Assembly: GCF_000002075.1 (NCBI RefSeq)
Contig: NW_004797776.1
Location: forward strand, 30,203 to 94,202
Length of the DNA: 64,000 nucleotides
Source of the DNA: Aplysia californica
Lineage: Eukaryota
Reading direction: 5' to 3'
Positions 1 through 14,258 of the stretch are shown here, piece after piece. The notes below the pieces were generated by a model. The model did no database searches, was not told the origin of the DNA, and saw only the letters and a program-made list of their open reading frames with translations. Numbering within the stretch: position 1 is the first letter of the stretch; each line of letters begins with the position of its first letter. Made by a program: the position numbers and the translations under genes.

Positions 1-101
1 TGTGGTGTTATATTTTTGTTGTAAAACCCCAAAAAATAAAATAAAGGCCTCAAATGAAGCCCAAGGGGAAAAAAACAACAACAAAAAACAAACAAGACAA
101 G

Positions 102-2859
102 ATGAGCGCCGCTGTAGTTCTCGTCCTCTTCTCCGTCCTGACTGCGACACAAGCGTGCGGTCAGTACCTTTTGGAAAACTAGAATTTTAACATGCAGTTA
201 AGAGGTCCGTTTACAGAATAGAGTTTACCGAAAGAAAAGTATAGAATTATGTTAGTGTTGAGTTGCCAATATCTTTTCAAAGTTGTTTGAAAAAAAGGTG
301 GCTGGAAGTACACCAATTTTTAGATAGAGGGGAAATTGGTCAAATGCTATGTCGTCTACTGTTTTACTAACTTCAGCAGTGCCACTAAGACGGTTAGCAC
401 AACGCAGAGTCTTGCTATTTGGAACTGACAGAATGGTATAATAATATCACATCATGAAAAGCTGGGGGTCAAATTGCAAAATACTGACAACTTGCTTCTT
501 CACACTAAAGCTGTTTGCTTTTCTTTCTCATAATAAAAAAAATATGAATACGTCTTGGTTGAAAAAAATATAGAAATTTGTAAAATAAATAATATAGATC
601 ATTGCATGTTACCTCTTCATTTCATGCCAAAATTAATTTGATGTTTTTGTTTTTCTGTTGCCCCTCCACCTCTATTGCTCTCCACATTTTTAACTCCCTA
701 GAGGGTCCGGACGTGTGCAATGTAATCAGGATGGAAAGTTGGAGCTACGAGTACTCCGAGAAGATTGTGGAAAACGCCACATGGGTCCTCAACATGACGG
801 TCGTAGATCGGCAGTCCGCGACTGAGTGTACCCTGGGTGAATCCTTCGGATACCAGAAAGCTACCCTGTGGGTGAATCATGGCTGTCGAGCTGCTTTCAA
901 AGTTTGTTATCTCCCAGGTAAGTTTTAGTAAGTTTTATTACACTTGCGACATAATGTAATAAGTGCGGAGTATTGTTATAAGAGAATTAACTAACCCGCC
1001 AGAAAGTAGAAGACGACAGATGTTTGTTAGGAAAGATGCAAACCACACAAGATCACCACCTGCCAACAACCCACATGTCTCCGGTAAGAACACTTGATTC
1101 GTTGTGATTAGCAAAATGTAAGGTGCTTGACGAAGCTTATTTTATTTCTTCAAAAGGCTTTGTTCACTTTTCTTTCCCAGCAACGTTTCCTAATTAATGT
1201 TCATTAGTTGAGAAAAATATAGATTATGCCGGACCTTTTCAAGAAATGTTAACGTCGTTCAGAGAATGTGTAGTTCGTTATCCTCGTCATTTCTGACTCC
1301 CCAGTGAGGTCGACCAAGTGCAAAGTACTTACGATGGAAAGTTTGAACTATGAGTACGCCGAGCAGAAGGTGAAGAAGGCTGCACTGTTCATCAACATGA
1401 CCGTTGAAGATCAGCAGTCCGAGGCCAGTTGCGATCTGGATAAATCCTTCGGCTTCGACAATCAGAAATCCATAGTGTGGGTGAATTATGGCTGTCGTGC
1501 CGACTTCAATGTCTGTTATATGAAAGGTAGGTTTGAGATGTTAGTTAATTAAGCAAACACCTTCACAGGATGTGAGGCAACTCGCTGGAACTGAGAATAT
1601 ATCGTAGTTTGGACATTTAGAATTTTTGCTACCAACTGGGTATTCCGCGCTTTAGATTTCGAAAAAAAATATTTAGAAGCGAGGTTTTAGTGCGAAAGAT
1701 TTCTTAAATTTGAAAAATGCAAACTGAGAAATGTATTCAGTTTCAACATGACTTGCATGTATTTGCACAGATTATTAATTTGTCTTAGGGCGAAAACAAA
1801 GAGAACGCCGATTTCGGAGACTGACTCAGTAAGCGCCGATAGGTATAAAAGTTCCCTTATGATTTCCAACTTGCCCCACATACAGCTGGCAGACTGCTGG
1901 AGGCTTTAAGAACCGATCGGCGTTGTCGGCTTTATCGGTATCCAAACTACGTTCTTATTACGCCGAAAAACTGGGAAGGGCGTCTCGCTGTCAACTCGTG
2001 ACCTCAGTGATTTCTTGTCCTATTTCCATTTTTTAATAGTAAAACGTGATTTCTTCTAAAGCTCACTCTTTGTTGTGAACTGCTTTCACAGTTATTAAAA
2101 ATGGAGAAATGGAGATGCGACAAGAAAGCACTGAGGTCGCGAACTCATGCCGTCTCACCGTCGCCCACTCGGGTTGAGCAGTTTGCGTGACGTCACCGGA
2201 CTGGACAGGGGACAATTTTAAATGGCCATTTCAGAGGTGGAGCTTCACGGTAGACGAAAACTAATTACATTTTTTAAAATCAGCGTCTTCAAATTAGGGT
2301 GGCAGCCGAGCAGAATTACATTTTAGGCTATATTTTAGGAATTTCGAGTTTTTTTATCCCCATATATTAAATGCTTCATAAATACCAGCTGTGGGGTTTT
2401 TTTTCTTTCTTATATCTAGATCTTGGCTTCAGGCGCCCTCAATGTCTGGCGCCTGTCCGCGTCGATCTTCAGCCGCTTAAGTTTCAGCGTTCTCTATTGT
2501 TATCGCCCTTAGATTGCTTAGATCCGCACTATCTTGGCTCGCACTATCATCTTCAGCACATGGTCGTTGTGTTTACTAAACAGCACAAGTTCACAAATAA
2601 AACGACTTTGTAAAGTTTAAAAACAGAACGACTGAAATTCGATGGCTGGAGTGTAAACACGGAAGTAAAAAAGCACTAAAAGGGGGAGGGGGTTCCAGAT
2701 GGGCAGGGGAAATAATTCGTCCATCTTCCGAAACCTTGAGAACTTAAGACAATGGGAATACAAATGCTAAAGAACGTCATACAATTGTCCCTATTTGCAA
2801 AAAATAAAAGATGAATATTATGTCAGAATTCAAAGTAAAATATTAAATGGGTTTAGGAA

Positions 2860-2914
<55 letters not shown>

Positions 2915-3831
2915 GATAGCATTTGTATAGCGCATATCCCCGCTCAACAGCAGGCTCTGTGCGCTTTACACAATATTATTACCCCAGCAGACCATAGAAC
3001 ACTCCGAAACATTCTCAGCTTCCCGAGAAGCATACAGTGCAAGCAGCCGATTAAGCGCTCAAACACTAACAAACTGACAATATCTTTCGCTGTCTATAGC
3101 CGGATATCCATTCCCACCTGGGTGAAGTGAGGAAAATTCGTGTAAAGTGCCTTTCCCAAGGACACAACGTCGGGCCCCTGACGGGATTCGAACCCACGAC
3201 CTTACGGTTGCGAGTCCGAGAGCCTAACCACTAGGCCACCGACGCCATAAATGGACATTACGTGGGTTTTTTTCTTGTGGGGCTGGGGAGAACACCTATA
3301 CGTGTAAACAAACCAGAGTGCCCAGACTCTTGTTGTGGCTTCTAGTGAAAATCTGGGAGAACATCAGAGCAGCGCACTTTTGGGGGAAAATATCAAAGCC
3401 GCGCACTTTTTTACGATGTCGATACAATTAGATTGCTGGTTACCAAAACAAAGTAGCCTACCATACAACCATTTAAGTTCCCTCAGCGTTTTTGCTTTTG
3501 TTTTGTTTTTTCTTTCAATGAGCTATGGACCAGATATCAGTTAGATTTTGTATTGAATGAATAGGCTTTTGTGGTATAGAAACATTATCTACACTTCCGT
3601 GTGTGGTTTCCAGGCATCAGCAGCACCACTACGGTAAACGTGAGCAGCTGGAACTACCAGCACGCCACCAAGATGCTCTCCTCCGCCTCCTGCATCTACT
3701 CCATGCAAGTGGCCAAGCAACAGTCCACAGCTGCCTGCACTTTCGGAACCTCTTTTGGTTTTGTGGGCAATACCATGTGGGTCAACGATGGATGCAGAGC
3801 TGACTTTAGCGTTGACTACTATACCGCTTAA
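102..3831 (+). CDS. Secreted egg-lectin-like protein (Aplysia ADEL/AKL type, three DUF3011-like repeats), copy 1, 237 aa; exons 102-159, 702-917, 1305-1526, 3614-3831
   Basis: Manual splicing with GT/AG sites and all-phase-1 introns gives a 714-nt ORF: MSAAVVLVLFSVLTATQAC-EGPDVCNVIRMESWSYEYSEK...WVNHGCRAAF...WVNYGCRADF...WVNDGCRADFSVDYYTA*. Each repeat has QSxxxCxxGxSFG...WVxxGCRAxF. The sequence closely matches my recollection of the Aplysia dactylomela egg lectin. Confidence 0.9.
2858..3247 (-). mobile_element. tRNA-derived SINE (CORE/Deu-Nin-like central region) in lectin intron 3; paralogous copy at ~9996-10335
   Basis: Reverse complement of the 62621-62962 element. Has A box TGGCCTAGTGG, B box GGTTCGAATCC and a (TAT)n tail. 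Confidence 0.8.
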
Positions 3832-6800
3832 TTAAGGTTTCTCAAAGCTGTCGTATTCCAATTCCATTGACAAGTTTTGCTGTCATATACATTGTATTCC
3901 ATTGAAAGTTTTGCTGTCATAATATATTCCATTGACAACGTTTGTTTGTTGGGTTGGTTTTTTTTTGCATTAAAAATATAGGAAACAAATCCGTGTATGG
4001 TGTTTGTATTTGTTTTCGTTTTCTTCCGTTTACTTACACTCAAGCAATGATAGTGTCTTTTTTGAGGCAGGATAACACATTAAAAAGTTGCATAAATATT
4101 TTTTAAATTCACTTTTACTTACTCACTTTCATCTGTAAACGGTTAAAACAAGGTTTTTAGAAAATCACTGTTTAACCTTCCCAGTTCTTTGCATGTGGGT
4201 TTTCTAATGTCAAATGACCAACAAAACCTAAACGCTCATTAATGGTTACCTCAAGTTCAGGCGCGTTTTCTTAAATGTCGGCACAAAATCCACCAACGTC
4301 GCGCTAAATTATAATATGACGAAATCTCATTTATTAAGTATGTTCAGATTAGAAACGCTGCTTAAAATACACCAACGAAACTTGCCACATTTCAAATTTT
4401 CCTTTCTAAAGACGAGCCAAATTTGGAAAAGAGAACCAACTTTCAAAAACCATTGTCACTAAAAGTTTTGATCATCACACGAAAATAATTTCCCTGCAAT
4501 TCACCCATACAACAGATATTTCTGTTTAAATGGCCATACTATGAACGGTTCCCACGTGAATCTTGTAAGCTTTGAGCGAGACTATACTTCGTTGTGTTTC
4601 TTCTCGCTTCCATCTCGGCCTGGCTCATTTTGAGATTAGATGTGTTACACGGGAATAACAAACACAAAGAGCAAAGATAAAGACCATAGATGTTTGACAG
4701 GAAATGAGCTAACCACACCAGGGCACTCGCCAACCACCCACTCTCTGTCTTCAAGATCCCGAGACCATTAGGATAGTGCACACAGATTAACTTTATCAGC
4801 TTTGCGTCGAATGATTTGAGTGATACAATTAGTCGAGCATGCACATGGAGAAATCAGAGGGATGCCAAATCCTTTTGTCATGTTTAAGAATTTTGTTTTG
4901 TTCACAGGCCTACATTTTTGTATTTCAAATACATTCTTGGAATATAACATGCATATAATATGCATTAAAAAACACAAAAAACAACAACCTAGGACCAGAA
5001 AATTTTTTCCCTGTGTACATGAGGGACTGTACATAAACTTGGTTCACACAATATGGTGTCATTTATTTTTTGTTTTTAGTAAGCGTTTTAAAGTTCTTGC
5101 AACAAAATCAGGCCATATGTGCTGAAGACTAGAGGTGTTACAAGCAAGTAACAAATACAAAAAAGAAAAGTTGAGGACAATAGATGTTAGGAAAGAAGGA
5201 GCAATCCGTACCAGCACACCCGCTAACCACCCACTAATTAATGTCACGCGACCAGCTTTTAGTGGAATGATCCGAGTGATACATACTTGCTGAATCCACC
5301 TGGTAAGAGCCAAGGCCCACATACTCCGCTTGCGTACGCTTGCGTACTCACAAAGTGTGTATGGAAGTGTTCAACCTTTTATTTCTATATTACCTGGGCC
5401 CACTGCGGGCGACACGCTTCCTCACGCTTACGTGAAAAACGTAAGACGTCTGGCAGTGGCAGGTCAAATATTTTCCGTACGCGCTGTGGCTTCACCGACA
5501 CTGATTTCGTTGATTGTCTTTTGTTTTCCCACTTTACCTTTAACATTAAATTAATGCCACTTGTCTTTGATGATCTCAGTATTCTCAGTCTTCAGACTGA
5601 TTTTTTTTTTTTTTTTTTTTTGGGGGGGGGGGTTGTTTTGTTTCTTCGTTTGACATGTTGATTTAAGAACAGTCAATAAATCAACATCATTGTTAATTAT
5701 TGAATTTGTTATTCTGAATTTCAATAGTCGTTTTGTTATTAATTTATTTTTGCTCACATTTTTCAAAGTAAACAAATGTGCCTGAAAAGAACACGCTCTG
5801 TGGGAGACATAGAGTGGACTCTTACTTAAATGACGGATACGGTAGAGACCTTTTACGTAGGTCATATACTACAATGACAACAGCGAAAAAAAAGAACAAC
5901 AACAACAGCAGCAACAGCAGCAGCAGCAGCAGCAATATCTTACATCAGTGTAGCTGTCAGCCTTTCAATTGGTGGAATGGCCTTCTTCCAGTTCGTATTC
6001 TGTTTTTTAATATGTAGTCCACATAATTCCAAAAGGCTTTGGAAGCTTGCCTTCGTCATGCGAAACTAATATGCAAAGCATGGTTCGTTACCATCAAGAA
6101 TTTGGTGCAACATTCTAAATTCTCCTGCTTTGCCTCGTTCTTTGCATATGGGATGTACCCAGAATCGGCGGTGACCTTGCATATACCTCCTCTTCAACCA
6201 CCACCATTTAAAAAAAAAAAAAATTCTGCTTCATTGCGCCATTTCTCTAGATCTAGGTCTGGTGCGCAAAAAAGAATTGACATACGTGTGAGGACGCTGT
6301 GGACATGGGCTACCCGCTACGTTAATGTACGCAATTTGTGATGAAGCGTGATAAAGTGTGAGTGCTGACGCTGTGGACCCCGGCTCTAACATAATGGTCA
6401 CTGTTAAATCCAGCATAAAATAACATTATACTAATACATTTTTCTAAAAAGCTTTTATAGCCTACTTATAAAGAGAAAATATCAGATATCAAAACTGGAC
6501 GCTACCATTAAACCTCCTTCATACTATCTCATAAGTCCACTTCCAATGGGAATCCCAAACTGCCTCAAACAACCTGTATGTTCAAAGCTTGAAGGCAGAT
6601 TCACCCGGGTTATCAGCATATATAATTATTATATTTATCTAGAATGACACCAACAGAGCCGATAGTGCGCCCTGTATACGTCGGCCACGGTACAGAATCA
6701 CACTAAATAATTTTGTGAGGCATCATGGTGAAATCAGGCGCTCGTTAAAACAATAAAATCGAAGAAACAGACATTTTTCCCCCTCAAGTTTGGCAATTTT

Positions 6801-7211
6801 TGTCGAATTTTTATATCTTTTGGACTCAACACATTACACGTCCATAAAACTACTTTTCCGTGTGAATTTTACTGAACAACTTTGGTTATAACACAAAATA
6901 TGTAAATTTTCAGTTTTCAAGGACTCTCAAGCTATAGAAGTTACAAAACCTTGGCGACCATTTTCTCGCANNNNNNNNNNNNNNNNNNNNNNNNNNNNNN
7001 NNNNNNNNNNNNNNNNNNNNNNNNNNNNNNNNNNNNNNNNNNNNNNNNNNNNNNNNNNNNNNNNNNNNNNAAAGAGGGGGACACTAATGAGCCCCAGAGT
7101 GGATGACTCTTGTGGTGTTATGTTTTTGTTGTAAAACCCCAACAAATAAAATAAAGGCTCAAATAAAGCCCAAGGGGAAAAAAACAACAACAAAAAAACA
7201 AACAAGACAAG

Positions 7212-10200
7212 ATGAGCGCCGCTGTAGTTCTCGTCCTCTTCTCCGTCCTGACTGCGACACAAGCGTGCGGTCAGAACCTTTTGGAAAACTAGAATTTTAA
7301 CATGCAGTTAAGAGGTCCGTTTACAGAATAGAGTTTACCGAAAGAAAAGTATAGAATTATGTTTTTGTTGAGTTGCCAATATCTTTTCAAAGTTGTTTGA
7401 AAAAAAGGTGGCTGGAAGTACACCAATTTTTAGATAGAGGGGAAATTGGTCAAATGCTATGTCGTCTACTGTTTTACTAACTTCAGCAGTGCCACTAAGA
7501 CGGTTAGCACAACGCAGAGTCTTGCTATTTGGAACTGACAGAATGGTATAATAATATCACATCATGAAAAGCTGGGGGTCAAATTGCAAAATACTGACAA
7601 CTTGCTTCTTCACACTAAAGCTGTTTGCTTTTCTTTCTCATAATAAAAAAAAATATGAATACGTCTTGGTTGAAAAAAAAATAGAAATTTGTAAAATAAA
7701 TAATATAGATCATTGCATGTTACCTCTTCGTTTCATGCCAAAATTAATTTGATGTTTTTGTTTTTCTGTTGCCCCTCCACCTCTATTGCTCTCCACATTT
7801 TTAACTCCCTAGAGGGTCCGGACGTGTGCAATGTAATCAGGATGGAAAGTTGGAGCTACGAGTACTCCGAGAAGATTGTGGAAAACACCACATGGGTCCT
7901 CAACATGACGGTCGTAGATCGGCAGTCCGCGACTGAGTGTACCCTGGGTGAATCCTTCGGATACCAGAAAGCTACCCTGTGGGTGAATCACGGCTGTCGA
8001 GCTGCTTTCAAAGTTTGTTATCTCCCAGGTAAGTTTTAGTAAGTTTTATTACACTTGCGACATAATGTTATAAGTGCCGAATATTGTTATAAGAGAATTA
8101 ACTAACCCGCCAGAAAGTAGAGGACGACAGATGTTTGTTAGGAAAGGTGCAAACCACACAAGATCACCACCTGCCAACAACCCACATGTCTCCGGTAAGA
8201 ACACTTGATTCGTTATGATAAGCAAAATGTAAGGTGCTTGACTAAGCTTATTTTATTTCTTCAAAAGGCTCTGTTCACTTTTCTTTCCCAGCAACGTTTC
8301 CTAATTAATGTTCATTAGTTGAGAAAAATATAGATTGTGCCGGACCTTTTCAAGAAATGTTAACGTCGTTCAGAGAATGTGTAGTTCGTTATCCTCGTCA
8401 TTTCTGACTCCCCAGTGAGGTCGACCAAGTGCAAAGTACTTAGGATGGAAAGTTTGAACTATGAGTACGCCGAGCAGAAGGTGAAGAAGGCTGCACTGTT
8501 CATCAACATGACCGTTGAAGATCAGCAGTCCGAGGCCAGTTGCGATCTGGATAAATCCTTCGGCTTCGACAATCAGAAATCCATTGTGTGGGTGAATTAT
8601 GGCTGTCGTGCCGAATTCAATGTCTGTTATATGAAAGGTAGGTTTGAGACGTTAGTTAATTAAGCAAACACCTTCACAGGATGTGAGGCAACTCGCTGGA
8701 ACTGAGAATATATCGTAGTTTGGACATTTAGAATTTTTGCTACCAACTGGGTATTCCGCGCTTTAGATTTCGAAAAAAAATATTTAGAAGCGAGGTTTTA
8801 GTGCGAAAGATTTCTTAAATTTGAAAAGTGCAAACTGAGAAATGTATTCAGTTTCAACATGACTTGCATGTATTTGCACAGATTATTAATTTGTCTTAGG
8901 GCGAAAACAAAGAGAACGCCGATTTCGGAGACTGACTCAGTAAGCGCCGATAGGTATAAAAGTTCCCTTATGATTTCCAACTTGCCCCACATACAGCTGG
9001 CAGACTGCTGGAGGCTTTAAGAACCGATCGGCGTTGTCGGCTTTATCGGTATCCAAACTACGTTCTTATTACGCCGAAAAACTGGGAAGGGCGTCTCGCT
9101 GTCAACTCGTGACCTCAGTGATTTCTTGTCCTATCTCCATTTTTTAATAGTAAAACGTGACTTCTTCTAAAGCTCACTCTTTGTTGTGAACTGCTTTCAC
9201 AGTTATTAAAAATGGAGAAATGGAGATGCGACAAGAAAGCACTGAGGTCGCGAACTCATGCCGTCTCACCGTCGCCCACTCGGGTTGAGCAGTTTGCGTG
9301 ACGTCACCTGACTGGACAGGGGACAATTTTAAATGGCCATTTCAGAGTTGGAGCTTCACGGTAGACGAAAACTAATTACATTTTTTAAATCAGCGTCTTC
9401 AAATTAGGGTGGCAGCCGAGCAGAATTACATTTTAGGCAATATTTTAGGAATTTCGAGTTTTTTTTATCCCCATATATTAAATGCTTCATAAATACCAGC
9501 TGTGGGGTTTTTTTCTTTCTTATATCTAGATCTTGGCTTCAGGCGCCCTCAATGTCTGGCGCCTGTCCGCGTCGATCTTCAGCCGCTTAAGTTTCAGCGT
9601 TCTCTATGTTATCGCCCTTAGATTGCTTAGATCCGCACTATCTTGGCTCGCACTATCATCTTCAGCACATGGTCGTTGTGTTTACTAAACAGCACATGGT
9701 CGTTGTGTTTACTAAACAGCACAAGTTCACAAATAAAACGACTTTGTAAAGTTTAAAAACAGAACGACTGAAATTCGATGGCTGGAGTGTAAACACGGAA
9801 GTAAAAAAGCACTAAAAGGGGGAGGGGGTTCCAGATGGGCAGGGGAAATTATTCGTCCATCTTCCGAAACCTTGAGAACTTAAGAAAATGGGAATACAAA
9901 TGCTAAAGAATGTCATTCAATTGTCCCTATTTGCAAAAAAAATAAAAGATGAATATTATGTCAGAATTCAAAGTAAAATATTAAATGGGTTTAGGAAAAT
10001 AATAATAATAATAATAATAATAGATAGCATTTGTAGAGCGCATATCCCCGCTCAACAGCAGGCTCTTTGCGCTTTACACTATATTATTACCCCAGCAGAC
10101 CATAGAACACTCCGAAACATTCTCAGCTTCCCGAGAAGCATACAGTGCAAGCAGCCGATTAAGCGCTCAAACACTAACAAACTGACAATATCTTTCGCTG

Positions 10201-10938
10201 TCTATAGCCGGATATCCATTCCCACCTGGGTGAAGTGAGGAAAATTCGTGTAAAGTGCCTTTCCCAAGGACACAACGTCGGGCCCCTGACGGGATTCGAA
10301 CCCACGACCTTACGGTTGCGAGTCCGAGAGCCTAACCACTAGGCCACCGACGCCATAAATGGACATTACGTGGGTTTTTTCTTGTGGGGGTAGGGAGAAC
10401 ACCTATATGTGTAAACAAACCAGAGTGCCCAGACTCTTGTTGTGGCTTCTAGTGAAAATCTGGGAGAACATCAGAGCAGCGCACTTTTGGGGGAAAATAT
10501 CAAAGCCGCGCACTTTTTTACGATATCGATACAATTAGATTGCTGGTTACCAAAACAAAGTAGCCTACCATACAACCATTTAAGTTCCCTCAGCGTTTTT
10601 GCTTTTGTTTTGTTTTTTCTTTCAATGAGCTATGGACCAGATATCAGTTAGATTTTGTATTGAATGAATAGGCTTTTCAGGTATAGAAAAATTATCTACA
10701 CTTCCATGTGTGGTTTCCAGGCATCAGCAGCACCACTACGGTAAACGTGAGCAGCTGGAACTACCAGCACGCCACCAAGATGCTCTCCTCCGCCTCCTGC
10801 ATCTACTCCATGCAAGTGGCCAAGCAACAGTCCACAGCTGCCTGCACTTTCGGAACCTCTTTTGGTTTTGTGGGCAATACCATGTGGGTCAACGATGGAT
10901 GCAGAGCTGACTTTAGCGTTGACTACTATACCGCTTAA
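7212..10938 (+). CDS. Egg-lectin-like protein, copy 2, 237 aa; exons 7212-7269, 7813-8028, 8416-8637, 10721-10938
   Basis: Near-identical duplicate of copy 1 (offset ~7110). Three amino acid differences seen: ENAT>ENTT, LTME>LRME, RADF>RAEF. Splice sites intact; exon 1 donor is GTCAGA. Confidence 0.88.
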
Positions 10939-13814
10939 TTAAGGTTTCTCAAAGCTGTCGTATTCCAATTCCATTGACAAGTTTTGCTGTCATATACATT
11001 GTATTCCATTGAAAGTTTGGCTGTCATAATATATTCCATTGACAACGTTTGTTTGTTGGGTTTGGCGGGGTTTTTTTTTGCATTAAAAATATAGGAAACA
11101 AATCCGTGTATGGTGTTTGTATTTGTTTTCGTTTTCTTCCGTTTACTTACACTCAAGCAATGATAGTGTCTTTTTTAGGCAGGATAACACATTAAGAAGT
11201 TGTATAAATATTTTTAAAATTCACTTTTACTTACTCACTTTCATCTGTAAACGGTTAAAACAAGGTTTTTAGAAAATCACTGTTTAACCTTCCCAGTTCT
11301 TTGCATGTGGGTTTTCTAATGTCAAATGACCAACAAAACCTAAACGCTCATTAATGGTTACCTCAAGTTCAGGCGCGTTTTCTTAAATGTCGGCACAAAA
11401 TCCACCAACGTCGCGCTAAATTATAATATGACGAAATCTCATTTATTAAGTATGTTCAGATTAGAAACGCTGCTTAAAATACACCAACGAAACTTGCCAC
11501 ATTTCAAATTTTCCTTTCTAAAGACGAGCCAAATTTGGAAAAGAGAACCAACTTTCAAAAACCATTGTCACTAGAAGTTTTGATCATCACACGAAAATAA
11601 TGTCCCTGCAATTCACCCATACAACAGATATGTCTGTTTAAATGGCCATACTATGAATGTTGTAAGCTTTGAGCGAGACTATACTTCGTTGTGTTTCTTC
11701 TCGCTTCCATCTCGGCCTGGCTCATTTTGAGATTAGAGGTGTTACACGGGAATAACAAACACAAAGAGCAAAGATAAAGACCATAGATGTTTGACAGGAA
11801 ATGAGCTAACCACACCAGGGCACTCGCCAACCACCCACTCTCTGTCTTCAAGATCCCGAGACCATTAGGATAGTGCACACAGATTAACTTTATCAGCTTT
11901 GCGTCGAGTGATTTGAGTGATACAATTAGTCGAGCATGCACATGGAGAAATCAGAGGGATGCCAAATCCTTTTGTCATGTTTAAGAATTTTGTTTTGTTC
12001 ACAGGCCTACATTTTTGTATTCCAAATACATTCTTGGAATATACATGCATATATGCATTAAAAAAACCCAAAAAAACAACAACCTAGGACCAGAAAATCG
12101 TTTCCCTGTGTACATGAGGGACTGTACATAAACTTGGTTCACACAATATGATGTCATTTATTTTTTGTTTTTAGTAAGCATTTTAAAGTTCTTGCAACAA
12201 AATCAGGCCATATGTGCTGAAGACTAGAGGTGTTACAAGCAAGTAACAAATGCAAAAAAGAAAAGTTGAGGACAATAGATGTTAGGAAAGAAGGAGCAAT
12301 CCGTACCAGCACACCCGCTAACCACCCACTAATTAATGTCACGCGACCAGCTTTTAGTGGAATGATCCGAGTGATACATACTTGCTGAATCCACCTGGTA
12401 AGAGCCAAGGCCCACATACTCCGCTTGCGTACGCTTGCGTACTCACAAAGTGTGTATGGAAGTGTTCAACCTTTTATTTCTATATTACCTGGGCCCACTG
12501 CGGGCGACACGCTTCCTCACGCTTACGTGAAAAACGTATGACGTCTGGCAGTGTCAGGTCAAACATTTTCCGTACGCGCTGTGGCTTCACCGACACTGAT
12601 TTCGTTGATTGTCTTTTGTTTTCCCACTTTACCTTTAACATTAAATTAATGCCACTTGTCTTTGATGATCTCAGTATTCTCAGTCTCCAGACTGATTTTT
12701 TTTTTTTTTTTTTTTTGGGGGGGGGGGTTGTTTTGTTTCTTCGTTTGACATGTTGATTTAAGAACAGTCAATAAATTAACATCATTGTTAATTATTGAAT
12801 TTGTTATTCTGAATTTCAATAGTCGTTTTGTTATTTGTTTATTTTTGCTCACATTTTTCAAAGTAAACAAATGTGCCTGAAAAGAACACGCTCTGTGGGA
12901 GACACAGAGTGGACTCTTACTTAAATGACGGATACGGTAGAGACCTTTTACGTAGGTCATATACTACAATGACAACAGCGAAAAAAAAAAAGAACAACAA
13001 CAGCAGAAACAACAGCAACAGCAACAGCAGCAACAATATCTTACATCAGTGTAGCTGTCAGCCTTTCCATTGGTGGAATGGCCTTCTTCCAGTTCGTATT
13101 CTGTTTTTTAATATGTAGTCCACATAATTCCAAAAGGCTTTGGAAGCTTGCCTTCGTCATGCGAAACTAATATGCAAAGCATGTTTCGTTATCATCAAGA
13201 ATTTGGTGCAACATTCTAAATTCTCCTGCTTTGCCTCGTTCTTTGCATATGGGATGTACCCAGAATCGGCGGTTACCTTGCATATTATACCTCCTCTTCA
13301 ACCACCACCATTAAAAAAAAAAAATTCTGCTTCATTGTGCCATTTCTCTAGATCTAGGTCTGGTGCGCAAAAAAGAATTGACATACGTGTGAGGACGCTG
13401 TGGACATGGGCTACCCGCTACGTTAATGTACGCAATTTGTGATGAAGCGTGATAAAGTGTGAGTGCTGACGCTGTGGACCCCGGCTCTAACATAATGGTC
13501 ACTGTTAAATCCAGCATAAAATAACATTATACTAATACATTTTTCTAAAAAGCTTTTATAGCCTACTTATAAAGAGAAAATATCAGATATCAAAACTGGA
13601 CGCTACCATTAAACTTCCTTCATACTATCTCATAAGTCCACTTCCAATGGGAATCCCAAACTGCCTCAAACAACCTGTATGTTCAAAGCTTGAAGGCAGA
13701 TTCACCCGGGTTATCAGCATATATAATTATTATATTTATCTAGAATGACACCAACAGAGCCGATAGTGCGCCCTGTATACGTCGGCCACGGTACAGAATC
13801 ACACTAAATAATTT

Positions 13815-14224
13815 TGTGAGGCATCATGGTGAAATCAGGCGCTCGTTAAAACAATAAAATCGAAGAAACAGACATTTTCCCCCTCAAGTTTGGCAATTTT
13901 TGTCGAATTTTTATATCTTTTGGACTCAACACATTACACGTCCATAAAACTACTTTTTCGTGTGAATTTTACTGAACAACTTTGGTTATAACACAAAATA
14001 TGTAAATTTTCAGTTTTCAAGGACTCTCAAGCTATAGAAGTTACAAAACCTTGACGACCATTTTCTCGCATTTCTTTTTTACCTCAGAAAACAGGTTAAC
14101 CCCAATCAAGACAGATGGGTATTTTCTTCACCGAAAAAAAGGACAAATAAACAAGCGCTACGGATATACCAATAACTCCACATTCCCATAAAATGACGAG
14201 CGCCTGATTCCACCGCGTCATGAT
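13815..14224. mobile_element. ~410-bp MITE-like repeat family; other copies at 6714-6970 (cut by gap), 17982-18394, 43729-44156 (inverted) and 55931-56358
   Basis: Imperfect terminal inverted repeats around AATCAGGCGCTCGT...ACGAGCGCCTGATT, with shared internal sequence in five copies. Confidence 0.7.
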
Positions 14225-14258
14225 AAATGTGTTGATGCTATTGTAGAGATGCAGACGT

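Noticed and set aside
4539-6416. Cluster of 60-124 aa ORFs conserved between duplication units
   Set aside because: The conservation reflects the recent duplication. The ORFs are low-complexity or SINE-derived and show no protein motifs or splice support.
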